This document shows positions 29,040 to 41,706 of a stretch of 64,000 nt of DNA, piece after piece (positions within the stretch are counted from its first letter, which is position 1; every line of letters starts with the position of its first letter). The notes under the pieces were generated by a model. That model was not told where the DNA came from, did not search any database, and saw only the letters and a program-made list of their open reading frames with translations. The stretch comes from Octopus sinensis (taxonomy: Eukaryota): the NCBI RefSeq assembly GCF_006345805.1, contig NC_043003.1:112964001-113028000 (forward strand), in the 5' to 3' direction. Made by a program: the position numbers and the translations under genes.

Positions 29040-30340
29040 AAGAAGAAAACCCCAAATAAAACAGAGAAACAACCAAAGGCTCTTTCGAATTTGCAAAACC
29101 TTCAGGTGATAGTTGCAAAGCCTACAAGAGATAGCTGTAAAATACATCATCGAACTAAAGAAGAGATTTGCATATTTAAAGGATGAAGTCGATGAAAAAA
29201 TAAAAAAAGGAGTTAAAAACAAAAGGTGAGACTGCAAACGTAATATCTGGCAAAAATGAGGTTCTTGCAAAGAAGAATGGATCTCGGTTGAAACTTGACA
29301 AATGCAATGTGGCTGAAGCTGCATCAAAACGAAATGATTATAGAACCCTCTTCAGAATTGTGCAGGGCCTGACAAATCACTAACAGTAATTGTAATAGAG
29401 TACCACCCGACTGCTTATGACAGGGGAAATTGCAATCACAACATTCAGTGAAGTGCAAAACAATCCAAGCCGGACATCAACTTTAAAGCTTCGTGATGGA
29501 ATAGAAAATGGCACCAATGATTCAGAGGTACTCCTCAGCGATATAACGAGGGAAGAGATGATCGACGCACTCAAGGCTCAGAAGAATAAGAAATCCCCTG
29601 GATTAGATTCCATACCTGCTAATCTTCTAAAACATGATGGAGATGTTAGCATAGAAAAGCTGACAAAAATCGGAATGATAATCTGTAATAAACGGAAGAC
29701 ACATACCAAATGGTCAAGAGGAATGATAATCAAAATCTGTGGAGGTACATGGTCTAGTGTTTCGAGCAGCAGATTCGCGATCGAGGGATCGCGGGTTCGA
29801 ATCTCAGATCGGGCGATGTGTGTGTTTATGAACGAAACACCTAAGCTTCATGCAGCTCCGGCAGAAGGTAATGGCGAACTTTTGCAAACTCTTTCGCTAC
29901 AACTTTCTCTCACTCTTTCCTCCTGCATCTTGCAGCTCACCTGCGACGGCCTGGCGTCCCGTTCAGGTGAAGAACCTATACGCCAAAGAAACCGGGAAAC
30001 CGGCCCTTATGAGCCAGACATGACTCGAGAAGGAACAAACATAATCAAAATATCTAAGAAAGTGAACTTGCGAACTTGGTTAAATATAACTCTTCTAATT
30101 ATGGTGCGAAATATCATGAGCTGGTTGTTTCTGAAAAGATTGCAGAAGAAATTGGGCCACAAACTTGGAAGCGGCCAGTCAGGTTTTCGAACATGAAGAT
30201 CATGCAATGTACACATATTCACACCAGGGAACATCTTTGAGCAATCACTGGTGTATGGAAGCCCATTAGTGATAAATTATGTTGTCTTCAAACAGGGGTT
30301 TGATAGCGTACACTGCCAATTTCCTTGGCTGAATAGACAG
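29040..30340 (+). mobile_element. Decayed RTE-clade LINE (linker and N-terminal RT domains), split by a SINE
   Basis: REEMIDALKAQKNKKSPGLDSIPANLLK...W..GMIIKI | SKKVNL..W..ITLL...RL...QSGFR..RSC...FKQGFDSVH. Confidence 0.85.
29737..30040 (+). mobile_element. SINE family B with 11-bp TSD ATAATCAAAAT
   Basis: TSD at 29726-29736 and 30041-30051. Confidence 0.93.
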
Positions 30341-30545
30341 ACCCATAGTGTCATTGATCCCTAAACCAAAATCTTTAATTCGCTTTATCAACACTCAATT
30401 TTATGTGTAAAAATTGGATCAAGATTTGCCGAGTTCTTTTCAGGAGTGCAACATTCACAAGCTATTCGTCAAAACATGTAAACGCATATTTACGAATCAA
30501 ACCATCAACTACATAACAGCGGTTGCTTCTCTGAATATGTGTTAC

Positions 30546-30598
<53 letters not shown>

Positions 30599-30621
30599 TT
30601 ATTCTCTCTCTCTATCTTTTG

Positions 30622-30658
<37 letters not shown>

Positions 30659-31022
30659 AAAAATTAATAAATAAATAAAACATATGCATATATATACATA
30701 CATATATGTACGTACCTACCTCTACATGTATATATACATGCATGTATGAGTACAGGACACTAAAAAAACGTCGAACACAATGAGAAACGAAAACGTAAAC
30801 ACAAAACCAAGGAAATGGACATTTTTCTTAAACAACGAAAAAATAGAGTACAGGACATACAAAACAAGGAAAATTCCCCTTCTTCAGTCGCCTTTGTTTC
30901 ATCTACTCCACGTTTCGAAGGTCATATATATATATATATATATATATGAAGGACCCGTCTGTTTTCTGTGTTCGTCCCTTTGTGTATTTCATGTTCTTGT
31001 TTCTTTATATATAAATTTTATT

Positions 31023-31064
<42 letters not shown>

Positions 31065-31705
31065 GTGTGTGCACAAGTCACTGTGTTAACTGAGTATGCT
31101 GCATGCATCTACATCCATCTCTGATTCTGAGCAGTGTTGTGCAAAGTTTTCAGATTGGGTCAATGTTGTATATAAGCCTATCAGTATGTGTGAGTGGTTT
31201 TCTAGGGTTTATAACTAATTCTGATTGCATTTTTGTGTCTAATTCGTTGTGCTTTTCTATATATTTGTGTGTTTAAGGTTTATGTTATGCTAGTTTGTAG
31301 CTGTATGGAATTGACTCCCAACGAGTCAAGCGACCTGCTAAAATCTCTGAAATGAACTGCTTTTTTTTTTTAAATGTATGTCAGAGAGAACGAACACAGG
31401 CAAGCGTTTCCTCATATTCATATTTGTATATTTGTGAAGCAGAGAGAAAGTGGGTGTAGATGACACAGAAGTGTCTATAAAATCTATGTGGTAAGTCTCA
31501 GATCTGTAGACATTTACGGTTAAGTTGTTCTCTCAAACTGAAAACTTTCATGGAATGTTTTCCTTTCAAGTGATATGTCAAACAGAAAAACTCAAGTCTT
31601 GCAGCTGCCCAGTAATCATTCGCCTCGATGGACTCACACATCTTATATAAATAATACATGGGAAGCTTGCAGTTCCTTTCTATTTAACTGCCTGTCTATC
31701 ATTAC

Positions 31706-31762
<57 letters not shown>

Positions 31763-32176
31763 GCTGTTGTTGTTGTTGTTGCTGTCATCGTCGTTGTCAT
31801 GGCCGGGATTGTTTTTATTGTGTCTTGTTAAGTCTAGACGTGCGACGCACTGCTCCTGTCTTCCAGTGATCAAATGGGTTTCTCCGATTAGTGGAGGATT
31901 TTTTAATATTTATTTATTACAGATTTTCACGCGATTTGTTAGACGAAAAAACCCCCCAAAATACTAGGATCTGTTTTTGAATTGTTGTTTCCTCTTTGCT
32001 TTAAAAGAATACATCCAAAATATTTCTGACAATAATCCTTTCAATTTATTTCGTTTGCCATATTTCAAAATAGCTTTCTGTATTAGGATAGTAAGAAATG
32101 ATGCCCCACACAGCAGTTGGAGCACCAGCATATGCGAATATGTTCCCGGTTAGATATATGGGATAAAATGCATACT

Positions 32177-32577
32177 ATTTTACTTGTTTCAGTCATTTGA
32201 CTGTGGCCATGCTGGAGCACCGCCTTTCGTCGAGCAAATCGACCCCCAGGACTTATTCTTTGTAAGCCTAGTACTTATTCTATCGGTCTCTTTTGCCGAA
32301 CCGCTAAGTTACGGGGACGTAAACACACCAGCATCGGTTGTCAAGCGATGTTGGGGGGACAAACAATGACACGCAAACACACACACGCATATATATATAT
32401 ATATACATACATACGAGTGGCTTCTTCCAGTTTCCGTCAACCAAATCCACTCACAAGGCTTTGGTCGGCCCGAGGCTACAGTAGAAGACACTTGCCCAAG
32501 GTGCCACGCAGAGGGACTGAACCCTGAACCATGTGGTTGGTAAGCAAGCTACTTACCACACAGCCACTCCTGCCCCT
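32177..32577 (-). mobile_element. SINE family C
   Basis: Full-length family match. Confidence 0.9.
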
Positions 32578-33626
32578 ACCTATAAGCATTTATTTGAGAA
32601 ATGAGAAATAGTAAAAAGAAAATAAATTGAACCTGACGACAGTAAAAAAAACAAAAAGATAAGCGGAGAAACGAAAATTAATTTTCTGAGAAAAAATTAT
32701 TCTAGTGTATTTCGTAGAGAAAAACAACACTAAAACTTGAGCACGCCCCTCAAGTTTTGCCGAGAATAACTGGTAGTTGCAAAACACTTTGCTGAGCACT
32801 GCTCTCCAAATAAAACAACGCTTCTCTCTGATTCCTGGACATAGAAAACTTTCAGATAAAATCAATCAGATAAAAGCATCAGTAGGGTTACAAGTGACAT
32901 TTTTCTATTTTATGATGTATAGGTGACAACGGTTTCATATGTGAACAACTGAAGAATGTGTTCACCGATGAAGGGATTGGTTTTCCATCTATTGACCAGA
33001 CAAATTGACATTGAAATATTTACCAAGGTGAAGCAACAGAGAGATCATCATGCACCTGTGCATAAACTCATACCATAATATAGGGACCATAGTACTACAA
33101 AGTGACAGTTTTACGCTTGGGAAGTATATTGACCTCAACGTCGTTGTAACATTTGCATTGCAATATGAACAGGTTAGGCATAAAGAAATCACGAAAAATC
33201 CCTCGCGTTTTATGGGAGTTTTCAGTGTGAGAACAAAGGAGTAAATGAAATAAGTCCTAAGCAATGTGTGCAGGTGTATTCAGGTACCTGAGAAAGCCAC
33301 ACGAGAATATTTAACAATCAAACATTGTGGACGGTGATTTAGACACGGTCCGTTCTTACATCTCCGAATGATACCAAAACCACAAGAACAATACGGAGTT
33401 CTTCCTCAGTTTGCTCAAACTAAAGTAATGAGGTAGACAATACAGTGTTGGATGAACTCTTCTTGAACTTATATACACTTGAGAATCCAGAAAGCATTGA
33501 AAAAGAACACCAGCGGAACTCTCAAGCACAGCTTAAGTTCGTGGAGGCTCCGTTTCCAGGAGTACAACCATTGGAAAATATACTGAAAAACAGAACGAAA
33601 TATATCTTTGAAATGTAAACAATCAT

Positions 33627-33945
33627 AGGCGTAGGAGTGGCTGTGTGGTAAGTAGCTTGCTTACCAACCACATGGTACCGTGTTCAGTCCCACTGCGTGG
33701 CACCTTCGGCAACTGTCTTCTACTATAGCCTCGGGCCGACCAAAGTCTTGTGAGTGGATTTGGTAGACGGAAACTGAAAAAAGACACTTGCTCCAGCATG
33801 GCCACAGTCACATGACTGAAACAAGTAAAAAAAGAGAGAAAAAAAGAAGCTGATGAAAAGAAGTGTATCGTTATCCATAAATGCTAGATTAATACCAACT
33901 GAAATATGCCTGGGGCACGTTCGAACCCATAAGAAAGCCATTCAC

Positions 33946-34003
<58 letters not shown>

Positions 34004-34245
34004 ATATATAATATATGTATATATATATGTATGTGTGTGTATATGTTTGTGTGTCTGCGTTTGTCCCCCAACATCGCTTGACAACCGATGCTGGTGTGTT
34101 TACGTCCCCGTAACCTAGCGGTTCGACAAAAGAGACCGATAGAATTAGTACAAGGCTTACAAAGAATAAGTCCTGGGGGTCGATTTGCTCGACTAAATGC
34201 GGTGCTCCAGCATGGCCACAGTCACATGACTGAAACAAGTAAATA
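33627..34245 (+). mobile_element. Rearranged SINE family C (5' half plus duplicated tail, then 3' half)
   Basis: Head 33627-33785, tail copy 33788-33830, 3' half 34030-34245. Confidence 0.8.
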
Positions 34246-35471
34246 AAGAAGCTGATGAAAAGAAGTGTATCGTTATCCATAAATGCAAGATTAATACCAA
34301 TTGAAATATGCTTGGGGCACGTTCGAACCCATTTGAAAGCCATTCACTATGTTTTGTCATGACAAATGGTGTAAATACGCCAAAACTCTGCTCGCGGCGT
34401 CAACTAACTAGACTGTGAGATGCAGGCAGTTTGGACTGGTTATCTCCTCTTCAGTTACAAAAATCCAACAGGGTGCGCTGAGATCGTTTCTCTTACGATA
34501 TTTCAGTTATCGCACAATGTCTGGTAGCGTCAATTGGCGGATCACCGTAAAGAAATTACGGGCCTGCAGCGTTAAGCAGTGATGTGTATAAATGCAAGGT
34601 TATTTGCCAGTTCAAATATGCTTGGAATACGTTCGAAGTATTATTTACCACAGGAGGAAATCTGTGAATATGGGCAAAAAAGGTCAAATATAGGGGAGGT
34701 TTGTCTGAAAATTCTCTGTCACACTGACATTGTCATCGCAGAAAATGCAAGCATATAACTGACGCTCCTCTGCAAAGCATTTTTCACTGTGCCCCGAATG
34801 GCGCAATCAAAGGAAACCTTAGATGATGTGTGGCGTGATAGAATTTCTACTTATCAGTAAAAAAGGTAAAGGAGACTCTGAACTGAGTTTTTGAATCGAA
34901 AGTGGAGTAGAAGTGACAGGCAGAGTTGGTGCACTGCACTTTTACTCAAAGTCTTATACCGTAATATATAGACTAATGTAAGTTGACAGCCAGAGGCTTT
35001 GTGGGAAGTCGGTTGTTGGTTTATCACAAATATTTTCATTAAAATACATGTTGGCTGAAAATGTTGCGGTGATCAGTAGAAATATGCGGTTATATGGGTT
35101 CAAGACATGCATGCTGGCCTGAATTTCTCTGAAGATCACAGAGCTATCCTATCAAGTGCATAGCTCCGGTGAAGCAGAACCGGTAACAACAGTTGGGCAC
35201 AGACGTAACTTTTTCCAAAACACCACCGGTCATGGTTTACCGGATGACCGATGGGCTCACCTCGGTCGCAGCGCCGAGTGTTAACAAGCAGGATGCAGGA
35301 AGTCGGAGTGTGGTGGGGAGGGGACTGAAGTTGAGTTTATTTGAAGTTCTACTCCATTGAGGGAAGACAACGGAAACAAAAAGTTGATAGGCAGGAGTGA
35401 AAACATGTCGGAAAGTGTAAAATGAAAAGAGATGACATTGAAGATTGACAACAAACAGAGATATAAGAGAT

Positions 35472-35688
35472 AGAAACGTTAGCACGCCGGGCGAAATGCG
35501 TAGACGTATTTCGTCTGCCGTTACGTTCTGAGTTCAAATTCCGCCGAGGTCGTCTTTGCCTTTCATCCTTTCGGGGTCAATTAAATAAGTACCAGTTACG
35601 CACTGGGGTCGATGTAATCGACTTAATCCGTTTGTCTGTCCTTGTTTGTCCTCTCTGTGTTTAGCCCCTTGTGGGTAGTAAAGAAATA
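35472..35688 (+). mobile_element. SINE family A
   Basis: Family match. Confidence 0.9.
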
Positions 35689-36334
35689 GATATAAGAGAT
35701 ATTAACGAGTCAGGGACGACTTAATATTTATTGTCTTGCCAATAAACAACGCTGCCTTGAGTGATAAGATGGACATTTTCAAGTCTGATTATGATAATGA
35801 AATGCTAATTGAAAAGGAGGAAACAGGGCAGGCAAAATTAGGTGAAACCGTGACACTTTAAAGATGATGTTGTTAATGAATTTTCTCTCTTCCATAGAAA
35901 AGGATACTTGTTGTTGTCTATTGGTGTTCTGATTTCCATTAAGAGGAAAGGCAAACAAGCCGAGCTGTGAGCTGCTCCACGGCAACACAGGTTACGGTTC
36001 TTCTGCTGTGTATAGGCGACATGTGTTAATTGCATTATTGTCTCATTAAATTATACGGTTTTAATTAAGTTTTGCTTTATATATTCATATAAAATTGTTC
36101 GTCTATTTTTTTTTTTGTATTTTAAACAGTTTTATTTGTAAAATAAATTATAGTTAATACATTTTAATAAAATTAATTATTCAATAAATAAAACTGAAAT
36201 AATTAATAAGAAAAAAATTAAGTAAAATTAATTATTTAGGTTTTTTAATTATGCTACTGGCATCAGATATTGGACAGAAGCCTCGCTGAATTGTCTCAAA
36301 TATCAGAAAAATTAACATATTTAATATGTTACAA

Positions 36335-36369
<35 letters not shown>

Positions 36370-36501
36370 ATGCTACTGCTGCTACTGCTACTGCTACTAC
36401 TACTGCTGCTGCTACTACTACTACTATTACAACTACTACTACTACTGCTCCTGCTGCTGCCACTACTGCTGCGGCTAGTACTACTACTGCTGTTGCTGCT
36501 G

Positions 36502-36542
<41 letters not shown>

Positions 36543-36570
36543 GCTGCTGCTACTGCTGCTGCTGCTGCCG
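36335..36570. repeat. (CTA)/(CTG) compound trinucleotide repeat
   Basis: Directly visible. Confidence 0.95.
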
Positions 36571-36897
36571 GCTGCGGTGAGATATCGGAATTATTAGCGA
36601 GTCGAACAAAATGTTTAGCGGAATTTCTTCCGATTATTTGATCTTTGAATTCGTATTCCCCTGTAGTCGACTTTGCATTTCACCTCATCAGGAATGATAA
36701 ATAAGAACTCATCAAATACTGGGGTTGATAAAAAAATTGCTTTACCCATTCCCTTAAAACTGGTTTTTGTGCAAAAATTTGAAACCATAAATTACACCAT
36801 TACCATCATCATCATCATCCTCATCATAACCAGCCGAACACAGGAGTCGATGTGTCCCCTTCCCCAAATTTGCTGCCCTTGTGGCAAAATTTGAAAC

Positions 36898-36938
<41 letters not shown>

Positions 36939-36939
<1 letters not shown>

Positions 36940-37340
36940 GAAATACTCTCGGATAGTTCTTAATTACCTGTTATTCTTTACTTGAAAGCAGACAACAAAT
37001 CACCAAAGGTTTCAAGTAATGCCTTCTCCTGTGACTCAAAGAGACAATATCCTCCTTGGAATGCAAGCTGTACCTAACAATGACCTAATGAAAATTCACT
37101 GTAACTACGACTTGGATATTTCGCTACAATTTGTCCAAGTCCATATTTGTGCATTCAGGAATTCACGACGGAAATCGCCATGCAGTTCAATGTACCTGAC
37201 AACGTTTGCGAGATTTTTGCATTCTGTTCTCATATTAGTTACCCCACACAATCTCTGCGGCGACCAAACGGGAGACATTTTGATTGCTCAGAAATACTAA
37301 TGAGAGGGAGAAGTTCCTTGGAATATGCTTAGATGTCTAA
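36939..37340 (-). mobile_element. R4/Dong-like LINE 3' end (degenerate RLE C-terminus and 3' UTR)
   Basis: 3' UTR similar to 63327-63440 (GAAA.ACTCTCGGATAGTTC...CAAATCACCAAAGGTTTCAA); GTACIPRR parallels GTAHTLRR. Confidence 0.75.
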
Positions 37341-37830
37341 AGAAATCTGCCCCGATTTATCCATTTGTGACCTAACCGTCGTTAATGGGATAAGCAACTA
37401 CGAATGTTCAGTACTACTAATTCACCATCGAGATCCATATTTTCCTCTTAGTACATGCCGTTATAAAACAGCTCTGCAGGTCTGGCAGTTTAGAAGGCGC
37501 TGACTTCATAGTCCTCCATAAATATAAATGTACATGCTGTATGGTATATCTTTAAAAAAAAAAGATGCAATTTCGCTCCATCATGAAGAGTGAGGGATGA
37601 GGTTTCAAAATAAGTTAGTAACTTATTCAAGTCATGGCGCTGATGTAGCTGAATAATGAACTAACAAAAATGATCGCCACCTTGAATCACGATCTAAATT
37701 ATTTGTAACTGTAGAACTGAATTTGTTTAAACATGGTATAAATTATACGCTGTTTTCACAATTATCGGAAGCCAACCAACATATGAATCTTGAAATTTCA
37801 CCATATAAATTTCAAGATTGGTAGCCTTCC

Positions 37831-37952
37831 TTTGGACAGGTCCTGTGTGGTAGTCTTCACTTGGACAGGTCCTGTGCAGTAATCTTCCCTTGGACAGGTC
37901 TTCTGTTAAGCAGGTCCCCTATGGTAGTCTTACGTTGGGCAGGTCCTGTGCA
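37831..37952. repeat. ~29-bp minisatellite, about 4 degenerate units
   Basis: TTGGACAGGTCCTGTG..GTA.TCTT repeated. Confidence 0.8.
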
Positions 37953-39587
37953 TGACAACATTCTCTAGCCCTCTCTCAACACGACCTGGGAGAGGCCGGA
38001 CTCTCCCATGCCTCAGTTTAGTAGATTACTGACTAAACTTGGGATGAAAATTTGAGTGGTTTCTCTCGTTGCTTTTTTCAGAATATGGAGAAACCGAAAT
38101 ACATGGCATAAAGCCTCTCTGCCAACGCGCCAACGATTCTGCTATTCCCTCACTGAGCGCAACACGCCTCTAGGTCCTGGAATCGAACCTACGCTTTAGA
38201 GTTCGTGAGTGTTACACCTTAACCACTAGGCCAAGCGCTTCACATCATACTGACGTATACTGTACAATGCTTTAAATATAGACAATTATGAAATGTAAAT
38301 AAATTCTCATTTTTCAGATACGCACAAGCCCTGATTTTCGGAAGGTGATAAGTGGTAACTAATTAAAAATACCCATAATCTATCGAAAGTCCTGTCATTT
38401 TCAGTTGTATCGAATCTACGGACCACGTTTATTTGTACCAGGAAAGACAAGGTACGTATTTGTTTTTTATTTCAAACATTACGTAAACTTGAAGCCCATA
38501 CTTCTGGCTTGTATTGGTTTGAATTGTGATTAGAACATGGAATGTGAAGAAACCAAATTTGATGCGGTCTGCCATGTCTTTATGTGTTTAACAATGTTTT
38601 TATTTTATTTTTATCGTTACGCAATTTTCTTAGCATATTTATGCGAGCTTCTTGAAATGATTCAAGCCTGATATTTGTAGAAAAAGAGTGGAAGCTGACT
38701 GAATCGATTCTATTATATGAATGCTATTTAATTCATTGGAGAGATAAGAGGCAAAGTAGACCCCGGAGGGTTTTAAACTGTATAGAAGGACACAGAAGCA
38801 AATGCTGTTAGGCGATATGGCATCGGTGCCAAGTCATCGCGCAGCATATATATTAATATTCCCATTCACATGGCATTGTGCCAGTGTAATAAATCAATAT
38901 TGACTATGAATTTAAACATTAGTTTAGGAGGATAACAGTCGTTGTAGTCATTGCAGGCAAACTGTTATTCACTAAAATTTCAAAAAGTGGATTATGTTTG
39001 TGTGCCATGAAGGAAAGACAATTCTAAAATATCGAGCCGAGAATATTGACTGTAATATTTATGCTTAATAATTCATCTTTTCACAATATGAGGAATGAGA
39101 AATATAGTGAAAACCCTGGAAAACCAAATGATGTAGAGTAATCATTGACAAGCGTTAATCACCAGAGTAACACGATGACATCCCTTAATCACGGTAGCAA
39201 AAATTTATGTCGCCTCTAGTTTTCATACGATGTCAGATATTATTATCAGATACACAGGGGGAATTTAATAACTCAGAACAACGCAAAGACGCTTATGCTA
39301 TTTAGTATATTTATTATTATTAAGAAATACACGCACACACACATATATATATGTGCACATATATGCGTATATACGCACATAAATTCATACATACGTTGGA
39401 CAAAGATGCCTCCAAACCTCCACCTTGTGATGAAAATTGCGGACTCTGTTATACTAGTGAAGAAGAATACACTCACACCACCATCAGTTGGCCAAAATGA
39501 CTACGAGAAAGTAGCTGCCTCTGAGGCATGATATAGCTGCAAACAGAATGCTATACAACTCCCCCCCTACACGCTCATATATATTAT

Positions 39588-39648
<61 letters not shown>

Positions 39649-39675
39649 ATATTATAGTCAATATACTCTGCTCGA

Positions 39676-39830
39676 GGCGTAGTAGTGGCTGTGTGGTAAG
39701 TAGCTTGCTTATATACCACATGGTTCCGAGTTCACTCCCACTGCATGGCACCTTGGGCATGTGTCTACTATAGCCTCGGGCCGACCAAAGCCTTGTTACT
39801 GGATTTGGTAGACGGAAAATGAAAGAAGCC

Positions 39831-39865
<35 letters not shown>

Positions 39866-40055
39866 GTGTGTGTTTGTGCATCCAACATCGCTTTACAACC
39901 GATGCTGGTGTGTTTACATCCCCGTAACTTAGCGGTTCGGCGAAATATAGAATAAGTACTAAGCTTACAAAAATAAGCCCGGGGTCGATTTGCTCGACTA
40001 AAGGCGGTGCTCCAGCATGGCCAATGTCACATGACTGAAACACGTAAAAGAGTAC
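39676..40055 (+). mobile_element. SINE family C
   Basis: Family match. Confidence 0.88.
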
Positions 40056-40392
40056 ATGTACATATATATGTATGTATATATCTATATATATATGTATATT
40101 TATATACATATATATATGTGTGTGTGTATGTGGGTATGTATTTATATATATATATATATATATGGAAAATTGTAACGGTAGAAAATGCTAAAATAATTTT
40201 ATAAAAAACATTTCAGTATCGATTTCAGTCACTGAGACTTTTTCAACTGTAAATATGGAAAACAATTGAATTTTCGAAAAATTGAAAGAAAAGTTTTTTT
40301 TAAAGAATATTGTATAGTATTCAAATACAAGTGGCATTTTCTGCCTGTCTCTGTCTCTCTTGTGGGTTCGAGGTCGTTGTACATACATATAC

Positions 40393-40501
<109 letters not shown>

Positions 40502-40526
40502 CAATATACCGTTATATATATATAAT

Positions 40527-40848
40527 GAGGGCGCGTGGCTTAGTGGTTAGGGCACTCGGCTCATGATCGTAAGGTTGTGAGTTCGATTCCCGGCGACGCG
40601 TTGTGTCCTTGAGCAAGACACTTTATTTCACGTTGCTCCAGTCCACTCAGCTGGCAAAAATGAGTTGTACTTGTATTTCAAAGGGTCAGCCTTGTCACTC
40701 TCTGTGTCACGCTGATTATCCCCGAGAACTACGTTAAGGGTACACGTGTCTGTGGAATGCTCAGCCATTTGCACGTTAATTTCACAGCAAGCTGTTCCGT
40801 TGATCGTATCAGCTGGGACCTCGTCGTCGTAACCGGCGGAGTCTTTAA
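40527..40848 (+). mobile_element. tRNA-headed SINE with CORE-like body (family D)
   Basis: TGGCTTAGTGG A box, GAGTTCGATTCC B box, GTTGTGTCCTTGAGCAAGACACTT...TCCAGTCCACTCAGCTG. Confidence 0.8.
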
Positions 40849-40850
40849 AT

Positions 40851-40881
<31 letters not shown>

Positions 40882-40984
40882 ATATAATATATTATATTAT
40901 ATATATTTGTATAAATATATGTGTATATATATTATATATATATATATATAATATACATATGTTATATATATATATATATATATA

Positions 40985-41240
40985 TCTTTATATATATAAA
41001 ACTGAGAATGTGTGTCTGTCTGTCTGTGTGTTTCCCTAAAACTTGAGAACTACACAACCAATTTCATTCAAATTTTACACATGCCGTACTTAGGGTCCCT
41101 GTAGTTTCATGGGAAAAAAAATGTTCAACTTCTTTCCTAGAGCGAGCCCATAGCAATATCATATCTTCTCCACTATTTCAGTATTACGCGTTAAAAGTGA
41201 AACAAAAGTATTTCTCTATTTTATGTCAGATACTTTCACT
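40985..41240 (+). mobile_element. Helitron-like 5' end (3' end not identified)
   Basis: A|TCTTTATATATATAAAA then TGTCTGTCTG, as in 3028; right boundary approximate. Confidence 0.55.
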
Positions 41241-41494
41241 TTAACAATAAAAATAATAATAACAATTGAATTATATGTAGTAAATAATAATTAAAATAAA
41301 ACTAAAGTAACATAACAAAAGTAAAAATAGCAATTGGTATAAAATTGCATCAATGACTTGAACTTGAATAAGTGGTTTCACATGAATGGGAATAAATTAA
41401 AAATAAAATTAGCGTGCAGAAATGGAATAGTCCAGATGGATAATAAAAAAAATTAAATTAAAGAAAAGACTATTGTCTATAAAGTATACAATGT

Positions 41495-41706
41495 AGAGAA
41501 AAAAGAAAATATTGTGAAATATATGTGACGAAAATGTAAACTCTCGATTCCGGGGATCGAGTGGGCATTTACATCTCATTGTAAATATTCTTTCATATGT
41601 CATTTTTTACTTTTATTTTTTCCTTTTCTTGTCATTCGCTTTCTTATTTTAAGTTCCCCGATTGTATTGTCCCCTCTATGTTCGCCCCTTGTGGGTAATA
41701 ATAAAA
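41495..41706 (+). mobile_element. 5'-truncated ORF1-only element (3' UTR only; copy 0)
   Basis: Near-identical to the last ~210 bp of copies 1 and 2. Confidence 0.9.

Noticed and set aside
29417-30196. 259-aa ORF as an intact RT gene
   Set aside because: Chimera: RTE remnant reading through an inserted SINE (TSD visible); conserved RT residues are degraded
33440-33618. Open frame VLDELFLNLYTLENPESIEKEHQ...
   Set aside because: Short, unidentified, no start or splice support
40527-40600. tRNA genes at SINE heads (also 4920-4995, 38155-38245, 54704-54775)
   Set aside because: A and B boxes present but no convincing cloverleaf; they continue into SINE bodies
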